Position numbers and translations under genes: made by a program. A stretch of 63,291 nucleotides of DNA, the filler included, from Conidiobolus incongruus B7586 (Eukaryota): the NCBI GenBank assembly GCA_000697335.1. It is 7 parts of 7 records of this genome, joined end to end, with 100 filler letters (N's around TTAATTAATTAA, not from the genome) between each part and the next. Parts side by side here need not be neighbours in the genome. Positions count along the whole stretch, not along the records: positions 1 to 8,060 come from JNEM01006373.1; positions 8,161 to 14,820 come from JNEM01006378.1; 5 more parts are not named here. One strand, written 5' to 3'. The notes beneath the pieces were generated by a model. It did not search any database. It was not told the DNA's origin and worked only from the letters and a program-made list of their open reading frames with translations. Below are positions 1-12,054 of the stretch, piece by piece (the first letter of the stretch is position 1; each line of letters starts with the position of its first letter).

Positions 1-641
1 CTTGGTGGTGGCCCACTGGTGGGGCTGGGATGTTCTTCCATTCGCGCTTTGTGCGTCGCGGGGAGGAATCCAAAGAGAGGTTTACTTGGGGAGTTGTTAT
101 ACGGCACTTTTAATCTGGAAATTGGAGTAGTTGCGCAATATTCTTGCTTAAACAATTCGACTTTTCTCAAGTTATTTATGGTAATCCCTGGTGGAATCAC
201 CACGAATGTCGGGTGTTAACACTGACAACAATGGGCTTTACAAGCTTAAACAGGGAATCGCCAGTGGTAAACGATAAATTACCACGTAATTAAGGGAAAT
301 TATTGGGGTTCACCAAAGTAGGTGAAAATAACTTGTTACAAATCAGGTTCTTTGAATAAAGTAAATATCTCACACTTGTCACAACTCAACACTTTTGTGA
401 AGGCTATGAGAAAAACTTAGAGATGGTATACTTTTGAAAATGAAGATAGAAGATGTGTTTATTAGTTTGCTTGTGATAATCTTATATTAGGTTCCATTGT
501 TGATTTTTGTGGACATAAACAACTTATGGGCAGAAAGTAATAGGATCAACTAGTTCATAGGGTGTGATATCTCTAATGTAACTTCTCAAATCCTGTGGTA
601 ATCAGAGTTTCTTGAGTAATTAACAAGATTATTCTCTATCA
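1..641 (-). mobile_element. 5' end of an LTR retrotransposon (5' LTR about 207-641, PBS about 185-202, possible gag ATG at 41), running off the window start
   Basis: 207-641 is bounded by TG...CA and is homologous to 9068-9445. On the minus strand it is followed by TGGTGATTCCACCAGGGA, complementary to a tRNA 3' end (...CCTGG-TGGAATC-A-CCA, tRNA-Val-like). A minus-strand ATG at 41 opens MEEHPSPTSGPPP. Confidence 0.75.
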
Positions 642-770
642 AATAATATATATAATTAATAAATATAATAGATTTTAATTATTTAATTTAAATTTTTTCA
701 TTAAATATTAATTAAGTTATTAATAAAAATATAAGTATTTTTGATTTTATAACTTACTTTTGTAGGTTAG
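642..770 (+). mobile_element. Right terminal-repeat fragment of the Tc1 (DD34E) family
   Basis: Matches the right end of the 61406-62974 element (attttataacttacttttgtaggttag followed by TA). The LTR at 207-641 abuts it. Confidence 0.7.
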
Positions 771-772
771 TA

Positions 773-1788
773 TAATATTATTATAAAAATATAACAAGAT
801 CTATAAAATTATATAAGAATATTAATGTTAATTAATATTATTATATATATTTTATATTAATATAGATATCATTTATATTTTAAGAAAAAACACCCTTAAC
901 TAAAAAAATCCTACTATAAAGTTAAACAAGAGTTTAAATATTACTATTAATATTAAATTAAAATTAATTAAAAAAAGCTATTTAATTTAATAAAATAAAA
1001 ATATATTTTAGTAAATTTAATAAAAAAACTAGATGCTTTAAAAAAATATAAAATTACTTTATAACTATTATATTAATTTTACTTAAAAGTATAATAATAG
1101 GTTAATTATTATTTAAGGATATATATTATTTTTAGGTATAAGATATTTTTATAAAGTTAATAAAAGAATTAATATTAAAATATATTAAAGTATTTTAAAA
1201 ATAATAAATTAAAAAAACCATTAAATAATATAAGTTAAACAAATTTATTATTATTTTCTAGTAAGATAATGTTTTTTGTTATATTATAACTTTTATTACC
1301 AAATAATTTAAAAATAACAAAATAATAGTTATAAAGTAGTTTTTTTAATTTTTTAATTTTAACCTAATTAAATACCTTTGGGATTAGTTAAAAAAAGTTA
1401 TTAAAGCTTTCCCCTTAATAAAAAATTTAAATTAGCTTTAAAAATATGTATAAGAAGAATATAATAAAATTAACCCTTTTTAATATAAAATGTTAATTAA
1501 TTTTATACCTTATAAACTTAAAGAAGTTAAAAAAGTTAAAGGTAGATATATTAAGTTTTAATTTTTTTTATCACTAAAAATATACAAATTTATAACTCAC
1601 TTTAAATAAAATTTAAGGGTTTATATTTTAACAAATTAATAAATAAATATTATTATTTAATGATATATATTATTAATAGATATAATAAATTTTAATTATT
1701 TAATTTAAATTTATTTTATTAAATATTAATTAAGTTATTAGTAAAAATATCAATGTTTTTGATTTTATAACTTATTTTTATAAGGTAA
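773..1788 (+). mobile_element. 5'-truncated degenerate Tc1 (DD34E) copy
   Basis: Colinear with about 61960-62974 (taagaaaaaacaccc, ttctagtaagataat, aacctaattaaatacctttgggattagttaaaaaa) and ends in the same right terminus plus TA (1789-1790). Confidence 0.8.
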
Positions 1789-1790
1789 TA

Positions 1791-1905
1791 TATTAAAAAT
1801 ATATAATTTCCTATTAATTTTATATATATTTATTTATTTTAAATTAATAATATATTTGAAAAATCAGAAATTAAAAAATTTCTTATTATTTTAAATTTAA
1901 GATAA
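1791..1905 (-). mobile_element. mariner 5'-terminal fragment (TIR and UTR)
   Basis: Near-identical to about 60139-60253 apart from transitions. Confidence 0.75.
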
Positions 1906-1949
1906 TATTCAATATCTTTAGGAGAATAAATTAATAATAAATTATATAT

Positions 1950-2392
1950 TATTTTTTTTAAATAAATTTATTTTTAAATAATATTCTCAATATAATTTAA
2001 AAATACTATTTATTTTGAATAATAATTACAAAATATATAGAACTAAAGATATAAAAGATTTTTTATAAAAAAAACTAAAAAGAGTTATTAGATCTAATAT
2101 ATTCACCTGATTATAACCCATATAATTATAATTATTTTAGACAATTAAAAAATTAGCTTATAAGAAAAAAATTCTTATAAAACCAATTAAATTAGTCTAT
2201 GAAACATCAAATTTCAGTCTTTAATAAAAAGATTTATATTTTAAATATTAGAAGTTTGCCAAAAGTATAACAAAAAAAATATTAATAATAATAAAAAACT
2301 ATTGATTTTATATTATAATTTATCTTTATATATTATATATTAAAATATTTTTTTATTTGCAAAAAATTCCAATTATTTAAAATACAGAATAA
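1950..2392 (+). mobile_element. mariner 3' fragment (catalytic C-terminus and TIR)
   Basis: Reverse complement of about 58940-59380. Contains a YSPDYNP remnant (tattcacctgattataaccc) and ends ...aaaatacagaataa followed by TA. Confidence 0.75.
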
Positions 2393-3596
2393 TATATTAT
2401 TTAAACATATAATGAATGAATTTGTAGATTTATTCATTATTTTTTTTATATTTTAAAAGTAATTTTGAAAAATAAATCAAAATCTCAATTTATGTAATTA
2501 TAGTATTTGTTTTAATTGCTTAAATTTAAACAAAATTCTAATAAATGGTTTGTATAAAAAATTATATAAGGTATCTTAATATCAAATTGGACGATTATAA
2601 TTGTACTTATTTACCACATATATTATTGAATTTATTATTATTATTTTATAACTCACATTTTGTTATTAATAATTTAAGTGGTCACTAAGTATTTTTTTTG
2701 CTAATATCTTAAATCAATAAGATATCTCCATAATAATACAAATATTAAACTCAACAATTGGTTAATATATCTCATTGTGGTAATTTTGGAATTTTAAATT
2801 TATAGATAGATAAGATTAAATTTAGAAATACAATTTATTTAAATTGGAAAATTGAAAAAAACTAAAAATTTATTATATATTATATATTTGAGACTTTTTT
2901 AGAGATAATGATATTCTTCAAATCCACCAAAAGTGAAAAATTATTATATAAATATGAAATCATCACTTGATATAATTTAGATAACAATATATTTATCAAT
3001 TATATAATTTTTTTGCCTATTGGTCAAAAGCTAGTATATGGATTCAAAGAATAATATTAATTTTGCACTTAATAAATTGAAATTTATTAATTAGTTTTAA
3101 AAAATATTGTATGAAAATATAATTAAGAAATTTACTATCAAAACTCAATTATGATCTATTGTGACAATTTCTAATCATATGTTGAATATATATATATAAT
3201 GATTATTAAATTATAATGTTTGAAATAAATATATTGATAGGAACTGATAAACATCGATATATTTAAATTCAAACAATATAATCAAATTATTTGTTATTGA
3301 ATAATTTAGAGCTATAACAACAATAATAATAACAATATATCAATCTGAAAAGGAATCACATACTAATCTGTTAAAATAATGATAATAAACAAATTAAAAT
3401 GAAAATGAAATAAACAGCAAACATATATATATAAGTTTCTTATAAAAGATAAAGTAAAAGCTTGACAAAGAAGTAACAGCATATAAAAAGGATAATTGGG
3501 ATCAAAAATAAAAGTATAGGAATAGATAATGGTTTAATTGTTGACAAATAATGATAATGAAATAAGGAGTAAATCAACTTATATTCTGGAAACTCA

Positions 3597-4396
3597 TTAA
3601 GCATCGATGGGGACGATTTGACCCTTGGAGGCGTACTCATCGTAGAACTTGACGACATTGTCCCAGTTGACAACATTCCACCAGTTTTCGATGTATTCGG
3701 GACGACGGTTTTGGTACTTGAGATAGTAAGCGTGTTCCCAGACGTCGAGACCGAGGATAGGGATGAGTTTCTTGTCGACGACACCTTCCATCAAAGGATT
3801 GTCTTGGTTGGGGGTGGAGGTGACTTCGAGCTTACCATTGGAGTCAACACCTAACCAGGCCCAACCGGAACCGAAACGGGTAGTGGCAGCAGTGGTGAAT
3901 TCTTTCTTGAAGTTGTCGAAGGAACCGAAATCAGCATCGATCTTTTCGGCAAGCTAGACAAAGTGTTAGGGAATTGAAAGGTAAGTGCAGTGATAAGTAA
4001 AGTTTACTTTGCCGGTGGGCTTGACGTTAGAAGAACCAACGGGAGCCATCCACTTCCAGAAGAGAGAGTGGTTGTAGTGACCACCACCTAAACTGAGACA
4101 TTAAAAAAACATACGATCAAAATTAAGTTAACTTACCGTTGTTGCGGACAGCAGCACCGAGTTCGCCAGCCTTAGTTTGGATGCTGAGGAGATCGTGTTG
4201 TAAGTTTTGAGTCTAAATCATTTTATGAGTTACTAGAAATTGAGAACTTAATAATTGGACTTACGCTTAAGGCGTTGTTCAAGTTGGTGACGTAGGCCTT
4301 ATGGTGGAAATCATGGTGCTTGATCATAGTCTCAGTGTCGACATGAGGGTTGAGAGCTTCGTAAGCGTAAGGCAAATCAGGAACGGTGAATGACAT
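3597..4396 (-). CDS. Manganese superoxide dismutase (Fe/Mn SOD family), 4 exons: 4396-4265, 4212-4137, 4087-4008, 3953-3597; 214 aa; no mitochondrial presequence
   Basis: Spliced translation [18 protein letters not shown]...[10 protein letters not shown]...[16 protein letters not shown]...[10 protein letters not shown]...STPNQDNPL...[21 protein letters not shown]. The three GT-AG introns (52, 49, 54 nt) preserve frame. GGG and NQD motifs indicate Mn type. Confidence 0.95.
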
Positions 4397-4439
4397 TTTT
4401 GATGATAATAATAACAACTACTTAGTTTCTTAATACCCT

Positions 4440-4526
4440 CACGTCACTGAATGGGTTCCATATTTATAATAGATTTAATCCCATATTAAAATCAAATATA
4501 TCTCATAATTAGTAATAAATGACGTG
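4440..4526. promoter_or_regulatory. Putative SOD promoter: TATA-like box (about 4461-4470) flanked by two TGACGTG (ATF/CREB-like) motifs
   Basis: CACGTCA at 4440-4446 and TGACGTG at 4520-4526, in otherwise CpG-poor DNA just upstream of the ATG at 4396. Confidence 0.35.
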
Positions 4527-5930
4527 ATATGATAATATCATCCAAAATTAATATAAAAGTTCAAGTTTATTTTTTAAAATTTCATATTTAACCAATATTT
4601 AATGTCACACTTTTTATAATCAATTATTTAGTTTATTTCAAGTTATTTACACCTTTATATATTGCATTAGTAGATTAAAATTATAGATTTTAGAAATTTT
4701 AATATCATTTGATAAATTAATTTTTTCTATATAATAAAAATAACTATAATTACAATTGATTTGATATAGAGCTTTTTATTACAATATATCATTATAATTA
4801 ATATTACAAGAATATTTGAAAAAGTATAATTTTATTTGTGATCCTTTTAAATCTTTAGGATTGAAAAATTCTTATTAAGGATTTAATTACTAAATTTGAA
4901 ATTCATTTAAACCTTAGAGATGATAAAATTTAATAACAAATAATGTACTAAAGGTTTCATAATCCAAATATAATTAATGTAAATTTATTTTATTAAATAG
5001 ATGTTTCAAAATAAAATGGAATTAAAATTGCAATTTTGCCTTTTGAATCTCCCAACTTAAAATAATCCTTAGTTGTTTAAATTTGAAATTCAATTAAATA
5101 TTAGTGAAAATAAAAGTTTAACAATGGTTTAATAGAATATTATAAAGCTTAAAACTTCATAATTGAAGTATGACTATGGAGTATTATTAATTTTTAATAA
5201 ATTTCTTTAGAAAAATAAATGTAAGGTTTTTATTAATGATTCAATATTAAATATATAATTTAAAAAATTTTGTTTAATTTTTTATTCTGTATATTAACTA
5301 TATAAAATAATAAAAATGATATTAGAATGATTTAATAAAATTAAAAAATCAAATACAACCTTAATAGATATAATATTTGGTTTATAAAGCTATTCTGAAT
5401 TTTTTTTGTCTGAAATTTATTTCTTGCAATATATTGACTGAAACTAACATAATTGATCTTATATTGGAAAATTAAATCATATTAACAATAGTCACTTATT
5501 ATAAATATAATACAGATAGCAAGTTTATTAAATAATAATAACTACTTAAATCAGCTTAACTTGAAATAGTTAAATTTTATATCTTTATAATACTAATTTA
5601 AGATTATATATAAAAGATTGATTAATCCTGATTTGAAAATATTAGTGTTATATATATTATTAAATTTGATTGGATATAATTAATATGTTAATCTAAAATA
5701 TAGTTTGAATTGATTAAAATAATTAATTGGTAAATAATTATTGGTCAATAAATGCAATAACCAATATATTTTATATTATAAAACTTTTAGCTAATATAAT
5801 TAGAAAATATATATATATAATTAATATCATTTTTTAATAAATTGGAGATAAAATTCTCTAGCTTTTTATATTAATATTGATATATTAATTTTCTTATATT
5901 TTATTAAGATTATTTTAATTCATATATTTA

Positions 5931-6883
5931 TGAAAGGGATAATTTAATCCTTTGTCCCAAGAACTAATGATATTCTAGAAAATCCATTTTATAAACTATA
6001 GTTTAGTAAGTTTATAATATTTAAACTATCTGACTTTCTTAAATAAACTATTTCCTCTATTTTTATTAACTTTATTTTTTTTATCTTTTATTTACCTTTT
6101 TAGCTCTTTTACCTGATATTTCTTATCTTTTTACAGGGTTCCTCCTAATGGGGTAATTTTAAACCCCAATAAGTGGTGATTCCATTAGGGATTACTACAG
6201 ACATCTTGAGAGTAATTAATCTAGTCAAAATAATCATCTAATTTGTGATATCTTACCTTATACCCTTATCTCAAGACTTTCATGTTTTTTTCTTTATCCT
6301 ACCTATTTTAGAATTTTTATATAATAAATAACAATCCTAGGTTTATAAGCTTTTACCTAAGTTATATACCATATACCACCAAAGCTAGTCCATTCATCTT
6401 TTTATAAATTACAAGGTTAATATATCACCTGGCTTTTGCTTATCTTTTTTTATTTGAATCTATCATTTGTATATATTTATTATTATGTCTCTAAATACTC
6501 ATAACCTATCTATTTTATTAATTCACTGGTAATATAATAAGTGTGGGGATATCCTTTATTATTCAGCTAGTTATCAAATCAAATAATCTTTGATCCAAGC
6601 TGGATAGAACTTCAGCTTTAAAAATATAAGGTAATGAAAGGGATAATTTAACCCTTTGTCTTAAAAACTGGTGATATTCTTGAAAATCCATTTTATAAGC
6701 CATAGTTTAATAAGTTTTTAATATTTAAACTATTTGACTTTTTTAAATAAATTACCTCCTTTATTATTATTAACTTTAACTTTATTTTTTCTTTATCTTT
6801 TACTTATCTTTTTAGCTCTTTTGCCTAATATTTCTTATTCTTTCATAGTGTTCCTCCTAATAAGGTAACTTTAAACCCCAATA
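5931..6883 (+). mobile_element. Miniature non-autonomous LTR element (TRIM-like): LTRs 5931-6171 and 6635-6883, about 460 bp internal region
   Basis: Two 241-249 bp direct repeats starting TGAAAGGGATAA and ending AAACCCCAATA. PBS TGGTGATTCCATTAGGGA at 6174. Purine-rich tract precedes LTR2. TTTA lies on both flanks (possible TSD). Confidence 0.8.
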
Positions 6884-9067
6884 TTTATATAATTGAAAAC
6901 AATTTGAAATAATATTGGAATTCAAAGTAGTTAATTTAATTAAAATATATTTTATTAAATATAATTAATATAGATTTTAATTATTTTATCTAATATATTT
7001 AGTTTTAAATCATTTATGATAATTATATAACTTTTGAATAAAAGCATTGATAAAATTAGATATTGAATATAAAATATAAAATATATTAAATAAATAACAA
7101 ATTAATTTTCAAATTAATAAAATTTTATCATTAATAAATATATATAAGTTATGATTATTATTAATAAATTATTAACTATGTCATTTTTAACAATTAACAC
7201 ATATTCTTAATATCGAATAACTCTATAATAGGTATTGTATAACAATCCAATATATATTGAAAAAATATAATTTTTTTAATTTGGATTAGTTTTGAAATTT
7301 TTTTATATTGGATATAGCTATAGTTTCGCCATTTACAAATTATATTCAAATATTAGGTAAAAATATTAAAATGATTTTGATATCTCATAAATTATAAAAT
7401 CTATATTATTATTAAAAGTAATTTAATATAATTTGAAGTTTTGCTTTCTAAAATTATTATATATATAAAATATACTATTAATTTTATTTTAAATGATATT
7501 TGAATGAAATTTAATTTATAAATAAAATAATATTGTTTTGATAAAAATTTATTTATTGCAATGAAATATATTATATAAAATATATTATTCCTGGTCTGAT
7601 TATAGGAAATTTTTAATTACCATAAGTCATAATGGATTGATATAGCTTGGCCATGATTGAGGTTAATTAAAAAGCAAATTATATAATTACTTGGATCCAA
7701 AAGATTTATTATCAATTGATAATTTTGAATTTGATTTAAATTTTATTTTTTTTTTAATAATTTTAAATAATATCTGACTAATTTTTAATATTATAATTTA
7801 TTTCCATTATTATTTGTTATTTGATTAAAAATAATTAATCAAATTTTCATTAATTGATTATTATTAATATAAATATATAACAAGTGTATAATTAATAAAC
7901 AACTCAGATATTAGAGATGTATATAGATAAATAAGTAATTCTTAATAAGTTATTCCTATTTATTTTTAAATTTTTGAATTCAAATTAATTAAATATATTA
8001 TAATTCAGAGTTGTATCATAATAAAAATTATAATTTAAATATAGATTATATTTATACTAANNNNNNNNNNNNNNNNNNNNNNNNNNNNNNNNNNNNNNNN
8101 NNNNTTAATTAATTAANNNNNNNNNNNNNNNNNNNNNNNNNNNNNNNNNNNNNNNNNNNNTTATATTTTTTAAATTTAATAAATAGTTAATATTATTAGA
8201 TAAGAGTTAAATAAACATATCAAATATGGAAAATTAAAAAACTTTTAGAATATAAAATAAATATTATATTAAAAAAATATAAATAATAAAATCAATTATA
8301 TTATCTATTATATACCTATTATATACCTATTATTGAAATTTCTTATATTAAAAAAACTTTGGAATTGGTTATTATATCTCTTATATTTCTTGATATAAAT
8401 CTATATAATTTTATTTTTGGTAATTTGAAAAGCATTATTAATAGTTATAGATTCAGATTTAAAAGTATTAATTAAGTTAAAATTTTAATATTTTGATCAA
8501 AAAGTTTAAAGTTATTTTAAAAATAATAAAAACTTATTTAAACTCTGGAAAAGTAATATTAATTCAAAAGATAGTTATTGATTTTATAATAATATATTCA
8601 ATTAATAAAATTTTTTTTATTTTATCTTATTTATCATGATAGGCTGATAAATATCAATTTTTAATATTAAAATTATTGAAAACCTTTTTTCAAATTAAAT
8701 AAATTCAAAACTAAATATTGTTTTATTTATAATAATTAAGATTTCTATATTGATCTTAAGCTAACACCTGTCAAATTAATATTATTTGTTATTTTAAATG
8801 ATTTTTATTAAAGAAATATATACTTTTAATTTTGAGAATTAATAAAATCATTACAAACTTTATAATATAAACAAAATCATATTTTGAAAGAGTAAATCAT
8901 TATCAAATAATATGTATTAGGGGGAAAAATATTGATAATAATATTTCTATTATTATTTTAAAGGTAACTTGATATTTAAAAATAATTGTTAAACTATATA
9001 TATACACCTATAAGGAAGATATTTCAACAAATGCTATATTGGAAATTGAAATATATAAAGCATTATT

Positions 9068-9445
9068 TATGACATCTGTAATTATAGATGGAAATAGACT
9101 TTTAAAGCTTAAACGATGAATCGCTAGTGGTAAACAATAGGTTACCACAGAGTTAAGGGAAATTAATAGGGTTTACCAAATAAGGTGAAAATGGTTTACT
9201 GTAAATTGGGTTCTTTGAGTAAAGTAAATATCTCACACTCGTCACAACTCAATATTTTTATGAAGGATGTGAGAAAAACTTAGAGGCTAGAGACTTTTGA
9301 AATGAAGATAAAAGACATATATTTATCAGCTTGTTCGTGATAATCTAATATTAGAGTTCAGGAAATGGGTGTTCTCCAATGTGACTTCTCGATTCGGTGA
9401 AGTAATCGCAGTCTCTTGAGTGATTAACAAGATTATTTCCCATTA
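9068..9445 (-). mobile_element. Solo LTR, same family as 207-641
   Basis: Colinear with 207-641 (aagcttaaac, gtggtaaac, aaagtaaatatctcacact, gagaaaaacttaga, ttaacaagattatt) with an internal deletion. Ends are approximate. Confidence 0.8.
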
Positions 9446-9952
9446 TTTACTATATATTTACCATACTCATAATTTTAGTATTAAAAATTGAAATTTAAAA
9501 AAATTCAGTGGAAATATCTGAACTCAATATTTTGGCATAGCCATATTTTGTTGTTCTCAAATCACTAATATATCATTGATATTTTTATAAGATTTAATAA
9601 ATTATATCACAAATGGAATCAAATTTAAAAAATCTTGAAATTAGAAATGTTTATCATAAAATTTAATTATTACTAAATCTAATACGGATAAATTTATTTA
9701 AATTTATAGTGAAAATATACTTCATAAATCACAATAAATTATAAAGTATTTTTATAATTAATATTGTTAATAATTACCATATTTTAAATAATTGACATTA
9801 TTAAGAACATTCAATTTAAATATGATTGTTATTAATTAATAATATTTTAATCGTGTTATTTATTTTAAATTATAGATATTAATAATCTAATTATATTCAT
9901 TAAATTTCAGCTGTAGTTATATATTATCAATTATAATTGATGTTTTAGATTC

Positions 9953-9978
9953 TTATTATTATTATTATTATTATTATT
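9953..9978. repeat. (TTA)n microsatellite
   Basis: About 8 perfect units. Confidence 0.8.
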
Positions 9979-12054
9979 CACAAATATAATTCATTTTACT
10001 CAATGTTTATTTCGTTTTAAGCTTTATTTAATTAAACACAGATAACTTATCAATTGAGGTAATTTTAAAAATTCTCACAATTTATCTTATAATAAATACA
10101 CCCCAATAAAAACTGGTTTCAATAAAATACTTTCCCAAATATCACATGTAGCTAATTTAAAATTAATATTTGGGAAAATTATTGTGAATTATGTATCAGA
10201 TAAAATTATTAATCATTAAACTGATTATTGTCTTATTACTTTGATTGATAACAATATGAATACCTGATCTAATTTCAAACTATATTACACTCACAAAATT
10301 ATAAATAAAATAATATAAATATATAATTCTATAGGTTATATTGAAAAAATTTTGTTTAATAAAAGAGATTTGCGTCAGTTAAACATTAATGTAAATAGAT
10401 GAAACCCATTATATTTAACAAAATTAGGGTTAATTATTATACCGATAGTGTCTTGAGTGGAGTGAATCACACTTAACAGATTAACCCATTCTTCATTTTT
10501 AGATAAATTGTACTAAAAAGTGTTTCATAGCGTTAATAATCATGTGAATTATTCATTTGTTGCTAAGCACCAAATTTTACTAATCAAAATAAAAATTCAA
10601 CTAAAATATTTTTGAAATTTTTTTACATTTAAAATGTATTTGTAAATATTAAAGAGCGACGTCTAATTCCTCAAATATTCATAGAAAAGCCTTATATCTA
10701 TAATTTGTAATAGAATTAATATATTGGTTACATTATATGGTATATAAGAATTAAAATTATTAATTTAATAAAAATATAAAAAATTTTGGAATTTATAAAA
10801 TTGTAATTTTGATTTAATTATTTAGTAAAATTCATATTTTTAAAATTAAATTCAAATAAAAGATCTTTGCTAACTAAAAAGCTCTAAAATTAAAAAAATA
10901 TTTATTGTGATTTATGAGAAAGATTTTACCACAATAATATATTTACGAATGGGGTAATAATTTTTTTCAATATTAATTTAAAATACTCCAAGTTCCCGAA
11001 TAAAAAATGATATTATATAATTTAATAAGACAATAATTATATATTGTAACTATATTAATCTTTAATATAACAATATTAATTAATCAAATTCATTAATTAT
11101 CTTAGATTTATTGGTATAATTTTAATATAAGATAATATTACATTTATAGATTAATAATTATGAATAAAAAGTTTAAAATTTTTTTTAATATTTAATCAAT
11201 TATTGAATATTTGATCATTTGATGATTACCACATTTTTATGAATTATTAATAAATTTATATTAATATAATAGTGAAAAATTTGTTTTAATCTAGACTTAA
11301 TCATCCAAGTAACTATTTTTTTAAAATTAATATTAATTATAAAAGTGGAAAATTTGTATTTTCGTATATAAAAATATTATGAATAAATTTATTAATGTAG
11401 TATAATTTCTTTTTGTGAATCTATTATTTATCTACCTAATATGCATTGCTTTTAAATTATTAAACATATCTTAGATTACTTCTTCACTATTTTGAAAATC
11501 TTATAGGGGTTCTATAGTAGTATCACATGAATTTAGTTTACCCAATTTAATACAATGTGAGGTATATATTCAAATTTTCAAATGACCTATTAGCGGTTAA
11601 TTCTAACAACGATATACATTCGCACTCAATAATAACTAAAATCCCCGCAATAAAATAATTAATCTTTTAGATATAATTATAGAATTAAAACTATTTTATA
11701 TTATTATTTATTACAATAAATCATAAATAATGCTATTTGATGAGTTAGTAGATGTATGACTCTAAGTCATAAATCAATCTATCCTTAGCAGAATTCTTGA
11801 GTATATTATATTTTAAAAAGTGGTCAATATCAATTAATTTTAAATTAATATTTTAATTAATTAAATTAATTTTTTAATAATTATTTTCTATTATTATTTA
11901 TTATTTATTAATTATTGAGAATTCTGTTATTTTGTCATTTTATTAAACAATCACAAGATATAAAGAAGAATTTAAAAGCTAATTATTTAAATATATAAGG
12001 TATGTTAGAAAGTATCTGATTCACTATACTGCTACAATTTTCATCTTGCAAATC

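Noticed and set aside
3440..3957. Alternative-frame and antisense ORFs over the SOD last exon
   Set aside because: Explained by the spliced SOD gene.
8061..8160. Identical N44-TTAATTAATTAA-N44 motif, repeated at 14821, 29777, 32535, 45990 and 56240
   Set aside because: Artificial scaffold-gap linker with stops in all six frames, not a biological repeat.
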